Below are positions 48,081-58,118 of a DNA stretch of 64,000 nucleotides, piece after piece. Below the pieces are notes generated by a model. It made no database searches. It was not told the DNA's origin and worked only from the letters and a program-made list of their open reading frames with translations. Every line of letters begins with the position of its first letter. Position 1 is the first letter of the stretch. This DNA comes from an uncultured Gammaproteobacteria bacterium (GTDB taxonomy: Bacteria > Patescibacteriota > Patescibacteriia > VMEV01 > CAYQCH01): the NCBI GenBank assembly GCA_964503955.1, contig CAZDCG010000003.1:65522-129521 (forward strand), given 5' to 3'. The position numbers and the translations under genes were made by a program.

Positions 48081-50342
48081 ATGCCCGAAACTATGTTTGT
48101 ACAACCAAACAATGCGTGGATTCAACCGCGCGAGTTTTCTTTGCAGTGGGGAGGACGCGAGCTCAAAATCAAAACAGGCACCGTGGCCCAGCAGGCGAAC
48201 GGGTCCGCGCTTGTGCAGTACGGCGACACCGTCGTGCTTGTCACCGCGACCATGGCGCCTGAACAGCGCGGAGATATCGACTACTTCCCGTTGATGGTGG
48301 ATTACGAAGAGCGTTTGTACGCCGCCGGTATCATCAAGGGTTCTCGATTCATCAAACGAGAAACCAAGCCTTCAGACGAAGCGGTACTGACCGCGCGTTT
48401 GATCGACCGTTCTATTCGTCCGCTATTTGACGATGCGACCCGCTTGGATGTTCAGGTCGTCGTAACCGTTCTTTCCGTTGATGGCGAGAACGACGCGGAT
48501 CTTCCCGCGCTTATCGGTTCGGTGGCGGCCCTTATCACATCTGATATCCCATGGAGCGGACCGATTGCCGGTTCTCGCGTGGGGCGCGTGGATGGGGCAT
48601 GGGTGCTGAATCCCACCTACGAACAGCTCGCGCAGAGTGAAATCGATTTGTTTGTTTCAGGCGACGGAGAAACCACCATCATGCTTGAAGCCGGGGCCAA
48701 TGAAATTCCTGAAGCCGTCGTGCATGAGGGAATCCGTTTCGGTTTGAAGGAAATGAAACCGGTCATTGAGCTGCTTAAGCAGATTCAATCTGAAATGGGG
48801 CGTGAAAAACGCAATATCACCGTTGAATTGTCTGAAGAAGAACGCGCTGCAAAAGCGGAGGTTCAGCAATTGCGCGAACAGGTGAGCCAGGCGATTGCTC
48901 AGGAGCTTGAACAGTATTTCACTCCAGGCAAAAATCCTACCAAACAGCTGCGCAAACAGTCGCTTTCTGAGCTGAAGGCGAAAATGGACGGCATGCTTAA
49001 GGAGCAGCAGGTTGGCAAAGACAAGCGAAAGGAAGTGCTCAAAGTCTTCAAAGAACTTGTTGAAGAACATATCGGTGAAATGATTCTCAAAACCGGACGC
49101 CGTGTTGACGGCCGGGTGGTCACTGAAGTGCGTCCGCTGGACGTGACGGTGGGCGTATTGCCTCGCACGCATGGCAGCGGCCTGTTCACACGCGGAGAAA
49201 CCCAGGTTCTTACCATCGCGACCTTGGCTGGTCCTGGTGCTGAACAGATTCTTGAAGGAATCGATGAAAAGGGAACCAAGCGCTACATGCACCACTACAA
49301 TTTTCCTGGTTTTTCCGTGGGAGAAGTCAAACCGCTCCGAGGCCCTTCCCGCCGCGATATCGGCCACGGGGCATTGGCGGAAAAAGCGCTTTTGCCGGTT
49401 CTTCCAAAGAAGGAAGATTTCCCGTATACCATTCGTCTCGTGAGTGAAGTTCTTGGTTCAAACGGATCAAGTTCCATGGCTTCAGCTTGCGGTTCTTCGC
49501 TTGCTTTGATGGATGCGGGTGTGCCAATCAAGGCGCCTGTTGCCGGCGTAGCCATGGGATTGATCTCAAATGATAAGGGAGAATGGGTGGTTTTGACCGA
49601 TTTGCAGGATCTTGAAGATGCCAAAGGCGGAATGGATTTCAAGATCACGGGTACAGAAAACGGCATTACCGCCATTCAGCTCGATACGAAAACAACGGGC
49701 CTGAGCGATGAAATTGTTGCGCAGACCTTGTCGCAGGCTCGAGACGGCCGCATGGTGATTCTGACTTCCATGAAATCCGTGATTGCCGCTCCTCGCGCCG
49801 AAATGTCCAAATACGCTCCTCGGGTAGAGAAGATGATGATCAATCCGGATAAGATCCGCGATGTCATTGGTCCTGGCGGAAAGATGATCAATAAGATTAT
49901 TGAAGAAACCGGCGTGGAAATCGACATCGAGCAGGATGGAAGCGTCTTTATCTCTTCCGCGAATGCCGAAGGCATGGCAAAGGCAATGCAGTGGATTACC
50001 AATCTGACCAAAGAAGTGCAGGCCGGAGAGGTCTATACGGGCAAAGTGACCCGTCTGATGGACTTTGGCGCATTCGTTGAAATCCTGCCTGGACAAGAAG
50101 GACTCGTTCATATCTCTGAAATTGCTCATGAACGAACAAATGCGGTTTCTGATGCGTTGAAAGTCGGCCAGGAAGTGCAGGTAAAGGTGAAAGAGATCGA
50201 TGATCTGGGCCGTATCAACCTATCGATGAAGGCGCTTATCGAACGTCCTGCGCATCTGGCGCAAGACGAAGCGCGCCCACCTCGCTCAAATGATAAAGGA
50301 GATCGAGGAAATCGTCGCTTCATGCGTGGAAAACGAAGCTAG
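48081..50342 (+). CDS. pnp: polynucleotide phosphorylase
   Basis: two RNase PH domains, KH, S1. Confidence 0.9.
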   Translation: MPETMFVQPNNAWIQPREFSLQWGGRELKIKTGTVAQQANGSALVQYGDTVVLVTATMAPEQRGDIDYFPLMVDYEERLYAAGIIKGSRFIKRETKPSDEAVLTARLIDRSIRPLFDDATRLDVQVVVTVLSVDGENDADLPALIGSVAALITSDIPWSGPIAGSRVGRVDGAWVLNPTYEQLAQSEIDLFVSGDGETTIMLEAGANEIPEAVVHEGIRFGLKEMKPVIELLKQIQSEMGREKRNITVELSEEERAAKAEVQQLREQVSQAIAQELEQYFTPGKNPTKQLRKQSLSELKAKMDGMLKEQQVGKDKRKEVLKVFKELVEEHIGEMILKTGRRVDGRVVTEVRPLDVTVGVLPRTHGSGLFTRGETQVLTIATLAGPGAEQILEGIDEKGTKRYMHHYNFPGFSVGEVKPLRGPSRRDIGHGALAEKALLPVLPKKEDFPYTIRLVSEVLGSNGSSSMASACGSSLALMDAGVPIKAPVAGVAMGLISNDKGEWVVLTDLQDLEDAKGGMDFKITGTENGITAIQLDTKTTGLSDEIVAQTLSQARDGRMVILTSMKSVIAAPRAEMSKYAPRVEKMMINPDKIRDVIGPGGKMINKIIEETGVEIDIEQDGSVFISSANAEGMAKAMQWITNLTKEVQAGEVYTGKVTRLMDFGAFVEILPGQEGLVHISEIAHERTNAVSDALKVGQEVQVKVKEIDDLGRINLSMKALIERPAHLAQDEARPPRSNDKGDRGNRRFMRGKRS

Positions 50343-50345
50343 TCT

Positions 50346-51671
50346 ATGAAAAAATTGCTTGGGGGTTTATTGATAGCAGCTGTCTTTGCTGTGTCAGCAC
50401 CGATGGTGCCGCCGGCCAACGCGCAATTGCTGCCCAATTTTGTCGTCGGGGCTGTTGCGGAAGTCTCCGCGTACAAAGATGTTCCGTTCGTGAAAGAGAA
50501 TCGTCTGAAACAGGGGTCCGGAGTTTTTGTGGATCACCGTGGCTGCTTATATACGAATTCACATGTTGCTTTGGATCTGACGATTGATGAACCGGTTCCG
50601 CATATCGTGGTTAAGGTCACCAAAGACCGTTCCCGCCCGCCTGAATTTGCATTTGAGGGGGAAGTGATCTATGTAGATCAGGGGCTTGATCTTGCCTATG
50701 TCTGTCCCAAAGAGGAAACGGATCTGTTCACCCATTTCTTCTTGCGTCGGGATTCAGCCCAGTATGAGCAGGTTCCTTTCGGCAAGGAAGTCTGGGTCAT
50801 GGGATATCCGGGAGCAGGAGAAGGGACCATTACGATTTCTCCCGGCCATGTTGTCGGTTTTATTGAGCAGCCGGATACCACTCAATGGGTCGGTGTTCCT
50901 GACCTTGATCCAAGCCGCTTAAGCCTGTACAAGGCTGACGCGCTTGCCGGTCCCGGGATTTCTGGCGGCTTGCTGGTGGATGAAGATCTGAATCTAATGG
51001 GCATCCCTTTTGCGGGATCGCTTGTGCCTGGAGCGTTTATCTTCGTCTTATCAGAAAAAGTATACATGCAGTTTGAGCGCCAGATCCGCCAGCACCTGCA
51101 TGAAGAAGGCATGGTTCCTTCCGACTGCGTTTATGACGAACAGACGAAGTATTACTATCGCGCGGGAGAAGCCTATTACGATGATCTATGCGAATATTCC
51201 TTTGACGCGGATATGGAAACCGAGGTTCGCAACGCATACATGGCTTTTTGCAAGGAAACAATCCCGCAAAGCAGGCTCGTGCCGGCAATCGCGCGCAGCA
51301 AGGAACTTGGTTCATTGGCAAAGTGGTCAGCCAGTCTGTCAGAAATGTGCCCGCTGGGTGAAGAACAGGATGCGCATATGCCCGACACCCAGGTCAGTTT
51401 GCAGCCGGGCACCTTTGCGTATGGAAAGGCACGCCTTTCATTGCAGCAGGAGCAGGCTATGGCAAAAGAGCTGAAAAATATCATTGATGAACGATTTCCC
51501 GGCGTTGAGATTGATGCCAAACACTGGCCAACCATCGTGAACGCATATGTCTACGGCGGCTATCCGCCAAAAGCCATTATCCGCGCTGTTGAACTGGGCG
51601 GATATACCGTTCATCCAACCATTCCATTTGAGCAATGGCAGAAGAGCAGGGATTATTTGGAGCGGATATAG
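50346..51671 (+). CDS. secreted trypsin-like (S1 family) serine protease with C-terminal extension
   Basis: signal peptide; His TNSHV, Ser GISGG. Confidence 0.65.
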   Translation: MKKLLGGLLIAAVFAVSAPMVPPANAQLLPNFVVGAVAEVSAYKDVPFVKENRLKQGSGVFVDHRGCLYTNSHVALDLTIDEPVPHIVVKVTKDRSRPPEFAFEGEVIYVDQGLDLAYVCPKEETDLFTHFFLRRDSAQYEQVPFGKEVWVMGYPGAGEGTITISPGHVVGFIEQPDTTQWVGVPDLDPSRLSLYKADALAGPGISGGLLVDEDLNLMGIPFAGSLVPGAFIFVLSEKVYMQFERQIRQHLHEEGMVPSDCVYDEQTKYYYRAGEAYYDDLCEYSFDADMETEVRNAYMAFCKETIPQSRLVPAIARSKELGSLAKWSASLSEMCPLGEEQDAHMPDTQVSLQPGTFAYGKARLSLQQEQAMAKELKNIIDERFPGVEIDAKHWPTIVNAYVYGGYPPKAIIRAVELGGYTVHPTIPFEQWQKSRDYLERI

Positions 51672-51718
51672 CACAGACGAGTGATCCTGCAGATAACAAA
51701 ATAGCCATCTTTTCACGA

Positions 51719-51744
51719 GAAGCCTCCTTATGGAGGCTTCTTTG
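51719..51744 (+). terminator. terminator GAAGCCTCC-ttat-GGAGGCTTC TTTG
   Basis: read directly. Confidence 0.75.
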
Positions 51745-51859
51745 CTGATCCTGTGGATAAACCACCCCTTGCAATCTCCCTCAAACCAAGTACAATGTAA
51801 TTGTAAGCGCCGTCGCAAATATTGAGACGGCGCTATTTTTGTTCTATTATCAACTCACT

Positions 51860-52234
51860 ATGAATGTAAATTCAGTCACATTGATCGGACACCTTACGCA
51901 GGATCCGGTTTCAAAAGCCTACGGAGATAACCAGGCTTTAACGAAGTTCAATCTGGCCACCAATGGCCGGACAAGAGGCAAGCAACATGACGCGGCGGAG
52001 TTCCATACAGTTATCACTTTTGGCAAGCTGGCGGAAATCTGCAAGGAATATCTCAGGAAAGGCAGACTGGTCTATGTCAACGGACGTTTAAAAACATCTC
52101 GCTGGAAGGATGACAAAGAGGTCCTTCACACCAAAACCGAAATCATCGCCAATGAGATGCTGCTCCTTGATAAGAAACATGCTTTGGCAAGCGCTGCTTC
52201 CGAGGAGGCGGTTGCCGCTGAGGCGCACAGCTGA
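51860..52234 (+). CDS. ssb: single-stranded DNA-binding protein
   Basis: OB-fold MNVNSVTLIGHLTQDP; start at internal ATG. Confidence 0.8.
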   Translation: MNVNSVTLIGHLTQDPVSKAYGDNQALTKFNLATNGRTRGKQHDAAEFHTVITFGKLAEICKEYLRKGRLVYVNGRLKTSRWKDDKEVLHTKTEIIANEMLLLDKKHALASAASEEAVAAEAHS

Positions 52235-52482
52235 TCGACTGCGCAGCTGCATTCTTTGAGGAGCGACGGCGTGCGACTCAAAGAAGGAGATCAGCCTTGG
52301 AGAAATTTCCGCGTTGATTATTGTGTCCATAGGAGCCATAATCCAAAAAACGATCATGGCGGACCAGGTCGACGGTAAATTTCTCCATCCCTCTCGCGGT
52401 TATGCTTGATAACGGGGTGTGGGCAGAAACCGTTTATCATTATCCTTCATGACCGCGGGAGAGATGCGTTAACTTTCATCAT

Positions 52483-53256
52483 ATGCATAAACATGTTCTG
52501 ATCACGATGTTCTTTTTTGGGGCTGTACTAACGTTAAGCGGTTGCCAGTTAATCCGCCAGAGCTCTGAGGCAGACGAGCTGGTTCAGTCTGAACAGCAGG
52601 CAAGCCATCCTGAATTGTCTGGCGAGATGCTGCTTGATGGCCAGCACTATCAGTTGGTTCTTACAAAACAGCCGGCTGGAGCAAGCTTCTTTCTATCAGG
52701 CAGAGAACTCTGCTTTGAACAAAATCCAACCCAGAGCGAATTGGCAGAGTTAGAGTTCATTGTTCTGAAAAAACAATCAGGTGGTACCCGCGAAGTAAAC
52801 GGAACGCTGCTTTCTGGCGCATTTGCCGAGAAAGGCTGTCTGCTCTTTGAGAAGATTGTTTCTTCACAACAGATCATCTTTTCCCTGAGAACGGGAGATG
52901 GTCTTGCGAGCACAAAAGAGTATTTCAGCCTGGCCGGGACACAATCGGAATCGTTGTACCTGGTACGCAGCTGGGAAACCATGGATGACGAAGGCGTTGT
53001 TGAGTATACGGCCTGGGTTGTCGCAAACAGATACTTTCTACAGGCAAAGGCAGGAAAAGACGGCGGATCGGTTTTCAGGGGAGCAAATCCAAGCATTTCA
53101 TCCGGCCATTTTATGCTTGAGCCGGAGGGGGAGGTCGTTTTGCAAACAAATCAGCCGCTTGAGTTTAACGCACTTGATGAACGCAATATCAACGGATATA
53201 AAAACGGTTTGACCTTTAAGCATGCCGGACAGGATATCACGCTAGGGTGGGAGTAG
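52483..53256 (+). CDS. lipoprotein (LTLSGCQ), unknown function
   Basis: lipobox. Confidence 0.6.
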   Translation: MHKHVLITMFFFGAVLTLSGCQLIRQSSEADELVQSEQQASHPELSGEMLLDGQHYQLVLTKQPAGASFFLSGRELCFEQNPTQSELAELEFIVLKKQSGGTREVNGTLLSGAFAEKGCLLFEKIVSSQQIIFSLRTGDGLASTKEYFSLAGTQSESLYLVRSWETMDDEGVVEYTAWVVANRYFLQAKAGKDGGSVFRGANPSISSGHFMLEPEGEVVLQTNQPLEFNALDERNINGYKNGLTFKHAGQDITLGWE

Positions 53257-53353
53257 GTTTCTGCTCTCCGAACCGGCCTGCCCCGGCTCGGAGTACGCCT
53301 GTACTCTCATCGGAGAAATCTGATGCGTCCTTTTAACATCGAGGAGATGCATC

Positions 53354-55687
53354 ATGCCGCGAGCCATCTTGGCTTTGCTCCTGCTTGGATCCTTGCCAGG
53401 CACCTGCCTGGCCCAGGCCGAGCGATGCGCGTTTTATGCGCAGAACCCTTCCCTCATTCAGGTGGGGCAAGGGCAAGTCATCGAGCGCGAGGTGGAAATC
53501 GTCTACACCAATACGGGGACATCCACCTGGCAGAGGACGGGAGGTGTTTCTAATCTCTCGTACATCGAGCTGCGCGCGGTCAATCAGCAAGGAGCCGTCA
53601 TCGACGGCCCGCTCTACCATCCTACCTGGATCAACCGCCAGCGCGTGGGGTCGTATCTCAGCATTCAGGGCGGGGTTGCTCCTTCGCAGCGCGCCAGATT
53701 CGTGTTCAAGGTTCTCGTGGATGGTTCAATACTCGCGCCCGGATCGCATGATTTCTACTTCCGCCCATATCATGCGAGCGGAGGATATATCAGCGACTGG
53801 GGCGGCTGCCATATCACCGTGACGGTGACACAGGGCGGGGCTACGCAGCCTCAGGTTCCTGCCGCGACCATCCTCTCCATCACGCCCAATCCGGCCGCAA
53901 GCGGTCAAGCGGTTTCGATCTCCGGTTCAGCAACGAATCAGCCGATCGAGTATCGATGGGAAAGCCAGGGGCAACTCCTGTCTGATCAAGCGTCCTTTTC
54001 GCGCGTATTCGCTTCCGGCGTGCATCAGATTGGTTTTCGCGCCAGAAACGCGCAAGGCTGGGGTACTTGGCAATACGCCACGCTCACGGTCAACAGCCCG
54101 TCGCCAACTTCCCAGCAATCCTACATCGACCAGGTGCTCGTGCCTCAGGTCGAGTACGCGGGGCCGGGGACGGTCGGACAGCCGGTCAACCTGGTTACGT
54201 CCGCCGCCGAGGTGCGCAAGTACCATGAGCTGCAGCTGGCTGGTCACGGGGTTCCGTCTTCAACAGGGCACGAATGGTTCGTGCGCCAGAACGGCCAGAT
54301 CAAGCCGGTTGCTACTCAGGCTGCTGCTATCGTGAACACGGCTGACTTCTTTGACGGACAGCAGGAGCTGCTCTACCGGACGCGCGGCGCGAACGGAGTC
54401 TGGAGCAGCTACGCGGTCCTGCCGATCAATGTCAGTCCCTGGCCGAAGCTGATCCCGCCGGTGCATGGTTCCTGGGCGCGAAGCGGCAACGATTACGGGG
54501 AGGGGGATCATACTCGGTCCGGCTCATACGACCATCTCCACGCGCAGGATTACAACCAGGCGAATGGAGAACCGGCCAATGCGGATTTCGGGCGTGAAAT
54601 CATCGCGCCGCTTTCCGGCAAGGTGACTGCTCTTGGCGCATCGGCCAACGGAGGCCGGTATGTGACCATTGAGTCATCCGACTCCGGTGTTCTGTACCGC
54701 GCATCGTTTTACCATCTCATGACGATAGCCGTCGAACAGAATGAGGTGGTTGCGCAGGGGCAGCCTATCGGTCTTTGCGGTAATACGGGACAGGCTTCCA
54801 CCGGATCGCATCTGCATTATGTGCTGCATCGCCAGCAAGGCGGGGCATGGGTTTCGGTTGCGCCCGAGCCGGTCTGGGTGGAACCCGCCCGGCTTGAGCA
54901 AAGCATCCCGCATGACTGGCAGCGCGATATTCGCGCAAACAGCCGAGTCTTGCCAAGCAGCTTGCTGATCCTTCAGGAGCAGGTCAGCGGTGGGGTGACG
55001 GATATGCACGGCTGGGGGCATGTGATGAAATACGCGCCAACGGTTTCCGGCCAGCCCACGGCGAGCCAGATCCTGCAGTGCGTTATCCCCGTTGCCGGGC
55101 GATGGAAGCTCTTTGCGCATAACCCAAGCGGTTTTACCAATAGCAATGCTGGATCGCCCGCTCACAATACGAGCGGAAAGGCAGTATTTGAGGTGACCAG
55201 ATCCTCGCAGCCAGGTCCTGCTACGCATGAAGTAGACCAGCACAATGGGGAAAAGGGAGCGCTGGTGTTCATCTGCGAAATCGATGCGCAGCAAGGAGAA
55301 ACCCTGATGATCCGGCAGCACAATGCAACCGGGGAACAGGGTAAGGAAGTTGCTTTTGACGAGCTCATCCTCAAGCTCGTGCATGCTTCTGGAGCAGGAG
55401 GAGGAGGTTCTGGAGGCGGATCCTCAAGCGGGGGATCTTCTTCCGGCGGGGGTTCAGGTGGAACATCTCCCTCAAACCCGCCTTCTCCACCGCCACCGCC
55501 CCCACCTTCATCTTCTTCGTCTTCTCCATCTCAAGGAGGTGCCGCAACGACTCCATCAGCAGGCGGGGGAGGCGGCGGTGGTGGCGGATGCAGCATGAGC
55601 AGCTCGGGCGGTCCGTCGTCTGCCTCGCTCTCGCTGCTCATCTGCAGCCTGTTTCTCGTTTTCGTCTTCAGGAGAGTCATCTCCTAA
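53354..55687 (+). CDS. GC-rich secreted M23/LytM-family metallopeptidase with long N-terminal domains and Gly/Ser/Pro-rich tail ending in a hydrophobic helix plus RR
   Basis: GGAG RBS; HxxxD and HLHYVLH M23 motifs; C-terminal GGGGGGGGGCSMSSSGG...LFLVFVFRRVIS. Confidence 0.75.
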   Translation: MPRAILALLLLGSLPGTCLAQAERCAFYAQNPSLIQVGQGQVIEREVEIVYTNTGTSTWQRTGGVSNLSYIELRAVNQQGAVIDGPLYHPTWINRQRVGSYLSIQGGVAPSQRARFVFKVLVDGSILAPGSHDFYFRPYHASGGYISDWGGCHITVTVTQGGATQPQVPAATILSITPNPAASGQAVSISGSATNQPIEYRWESQGQLLSDQASFSRVFASGVHQIGFRARNAQGWGTWQYATLTVNSPSPTSQQSYIDQVLVPQVEYAGPGTVGQPVNLVTSAAEVRKYHELQLAGHGVPSSTGHEWFVRQNGQIKPVATQAAAIVNTADFFDGQQELLYRTRGANGVWSSYAVLPINVSPWPKLIPPVHGSWARSGNDYGEGDHTRSGSYDHLHAQDYNQANGEPANADFGREIIAPLSGKVTALGASANGGRYVTIESSDSGVLYRASFYHLMTIAVEQNEVVAQGQPIGLCGNTGQASTGSHLHYVLHRQQGGAWVSVAPEPVWVEPARLEQSIPHDWQRDIRANSRVLPSSLLILQEQVSGGVTDMHGWGHVMKYAPTVSGQPTASQILQCVIPVAGRWKLFAHNPSGFTNSNAGSPAHNTSGKAVFEVTRSSQPGPATHEVDQHNGEKGALVFICEIDAQQGETLMIRQHNATGEQGKEVAFDELILKLVHASGAGGGGSGGGSSSGGSSSGGGSGGTSPSNPPSPPPPPPPSSSSSSPSQGGAATTPSAGGGGGGGGGCSMSSSGGPSSASLSLLICSLFLVFVFRRVIS

Positions 55688-55981
55688 AGACAGGGAGGGT
55701 AAGTCTTCTGAACTTGCCCTCCTTTTCACATTCTGCGGATATAGATCGAGCTGCTCCTCTTCAGACGGATGGATGGGCAAGCAGGTACCTGATACCTCAA
55801 GCGTTACAGCTGGATTCGAGATTCATCCGCGCCGTTAGTGCTCCAGCGTAGTGGAAAAAGCTTTCTTCTCAACGAATATAGTTAAATGCCTCTAAATCGT
55901 TGATTTTTTCGATATTCATTGCCAGCCCGGTTTCAAGGAGGTATAGTGATTCTGCGCCGTCGTTAATATCGAGGTGGCTTT

Positions 55982-56869
55982 ATGAATATCCTGGCAATAA
56001 TTCCCACAAGCAAACAGGAGGCCGTTGAATGGGTCGAGCAATTACCTGAGTTGAAGCTGTTTACTCAGGTGAAAGCCATGACCATTCCCTGGCATCAAAC
56101 AGGCATTGGCACGACACAGGACTGGATTGAGCTTGTCCGGGCTGTTGCTGCGCATGCGGATGCAGATGGTTTTATTGTCTGGGCTCCTGATCAATCATTG
56201 CTTGAAACGGCGGGGCTCTTGCAATTATCATTGCGGACTCCAGGGAAGCCGGTTATTGTTTTTTCCGCGCCCGCTCCGGAAAAATTGAACGGGAAAAAAT
56301 TTGAAAAACTCGGATTAAAAGCCACGCTCGTGCGCGCGGCATTTCTTGCGCAGTCGGATCTTGGCGAGGTGGTTATTTTAAACGGCGAACAAGTTTTGCG
56401 TCCGTCTCAGTGCGCTGCTTTGCTTGAGCATGGGATACGTCTTCATGAAGAACAGCCGCTGGCGTCTGTCAGCTTCAAGTTGGAATTTCATCAAGCGTAT
56501 GTAAAACGAAGTCAAACTCCGATGATTGCCGACCTTCCAGCAACCTTGGTTGAAGAAGCCAGGCCGATTGAATGGTCGCCAGCGCTTCCATTCAAGGGAC
56601 AGGAAACACCGGCTATTCCGCTTATTCGTTTTCAGCCAAGCCATTGGCATGTGCAGCCGCTTCAAACGCTTCGCAGGGAATTGCTTGAAAAACGAAAGGC
56701 AATCGTTTGGCATACGGACCAGCCCTTTGCCCCCGGTGAGCTGGATGCTCGGGAGCGGGTTTTAGACAACCGGGCGAACTGGTGGGCGGCATTGACTTGG
56801 CAGTATGCCTATTCGTTGAATCCGGAAAACCCATTAGCGGTTCTGGATGCATTGAATCAACAAGTATGA
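55982..56869 (+). CDS. asparaginase-fold protein with catalytic threonines replaced (TGGTIAG becomes IPTSKQE, HGTDT becomes WAPDQ): probable non-catalytic asparaginase-like domain protein
   Basis: collinear similarity to type II asparaginase N-domain (DGFIVWAPDQSLLETAGLLQLSLRTPGKPVIVFSAP). Confidence 0.5.
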   Translation: MNILAIIPTSKQEAVEWVEQLPELKLFTQVKAMTIPWHQTGIGTTQDWIELVRAVAAHADADGFIVWAPDQSLLETAGLLQLSLRTPGKPVIVFSAPAPEKLNGKKFEKLGLKATLVRAAFLAQSDLGEVVILNGEQVLRPSQCAALLEHGIRLHEEQPLASVSFKLEFHQAYVKRSQTPMIADLPATLVEEARPIEWSPALPFKGQETPAIPLIRFQPSHWHVQPLQTLRRELLEKRKAIVWHTDQPFAPGELDARERVLDNRANWWAALTWQYAYSLNPENPLAVLDALNQQV

Positions 56870-57378
56870 ACATCTCTCTTTTAGAAACAGCCTGGATTCA
56901 TGATGAAAATGGTACCGGACTTGAAGGAATGCTCAAGTCGCTTGGGGCGCGCGTGCATGATGCCCGGGAAATGGAAGCCGGCATGGAGCGGATTGATGCC
57001 CTTGTCATCGGTTCGGCAGCAGACGCAAAGGCAAAATATTTAGTCGCCTTGGCAAGCTCGCAGAAGAAACCTGTTTTATGGATCGTGCGTGACAAACGAG
57101 AAGAGCAAGGAATAAAAAAAACGTTTTCAACAGTTTCAGATCTCGTTGTGGTTCGGTTTGATCCACAAACCCTCAGCGAAGCGTGTAAACGATTTTTCGC
57201 GCAGCATGCTACTATTGAGGAGAAGCCGACGATAAAGTTTACCTTGCGCATTACCCCCGCAATGGATAAATACCTGCAGTGGAAAAGCAAGCAAACCGGT
57301 TTATCCAAAGCCGATTTCTTGCGTGAAACAATCCAGTCGCAGATTATCGATCAGGATCAAGCCTATACAAACGAGTAA
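56866..57378 (+). CDS. protein with C-terminal ribbon-helix-helix (CopG/MetJ-like) domain
   Basis: ATGA overlap with upstream gene; KFTLRITPAMDKYLQWKSKQTGLSKADFLRETI. Confidence 0.5.
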   Translation: MNISLLETAWIHDENGTGLEGMLKSLGARVHDAREMEAGMERIDALVIGSAADAKAKYLVALASSQKKPVLWIVRDKREEQGIKKTFSTVSDLVVVRFDPQTLSEACKRFFAQHATIEEKPTIKFTLRITPAMDKYLQWKSKQTGLSKADFLRETIQSQIIDQDQAYTNE

Positions 57379-57380
57379 TT

Positions 57381-58118
57381 ATGGCCGTGGAGGCGCCGGA
57401 AAGAATCAAAAGCAATTTAGACGACGCTCGCAATCGAGCGGCGCGGCCTTCGCCGTCAAATCAGCAGGCGGACCGGCCGGGCAATCTGTCGCCTTCTCTT
57501 GAAGGAGGACTCGGAACGCCATTGCCGTCTTTTCCTGCGGCCTCATCACAAAATCCGCAAACACAGCCGCAAGATGCTCAGCAGGAGGGCGCGCAGAGGA
57601 TGAGGGCAACTCTGGAAGGTGTCCGCAATCAGGCTCGGGCAAAACAAAACGGAGAAACCAAAGAAGAACAGAAGAAAACAAAAACTTCGCAGGCTGCATC
57701 GATTGATCTGAAGGATTTTTTCCGCCGTTCGATTGGGTTTGCTTTGCTGGGTTTGGCTTACGACCTGCTCATGGCCGCCCTGGATTTTCTTTTGGGACTG
57801 GGCTCTATTGTCAGCATTCCCGGTAATTTTGTCATGTGGGGAATTTACTGGTTCCGAGTCTGGAGATTTATGCCTAAATCCCTGAGAGGAAACGGGATGC
57901 TCGAATTCAGTAAAGCGCGTAAACATTTTGCGTTGAACATGATTATTGAAACCATTCCAATCGTTGGCCAAATCTGGCTGGGATGGTTTGGCATCGGGCT
58001 AGATGCTTATATCATGGTTTCGCGCGAGAAAAAGAAGCAGGATCTTGCGCAAGGCGGAGCTAATGGGGAGAAAAAAGCAGGCAACGGCAAAGGGCAGCCG
58101 CAAGCCGCTAAATCATGA
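57381..58118 (+). CDS. membrane protein with Pro/Gln-rich N-terminus, unknown function
   Basis: start 3 nt after upstream stop; 3-4 TM. Confidence 0.55.
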   Translation: MAVEAPERIKSNLDDARNRAARPSPSNQQADRPGNLSPSLEGGLGTPLPSFPAASSQNPQTQPQDAQQEGAQRMRATLEGVRNQARAKQNGETKEEQKKTKTSQAASIDLKDFFRRSIGFALLGLAYDLLMAALDFLLGLGSIVSIPGNFVMWGIYWFRVWRFMPKSLRGNGMLEFSKARKHFALNMIIETIPIVGQIWLGWFGIGLDAYIMVSREKKKQDLAQGGANGEKKAGNGKGQPQAAKS

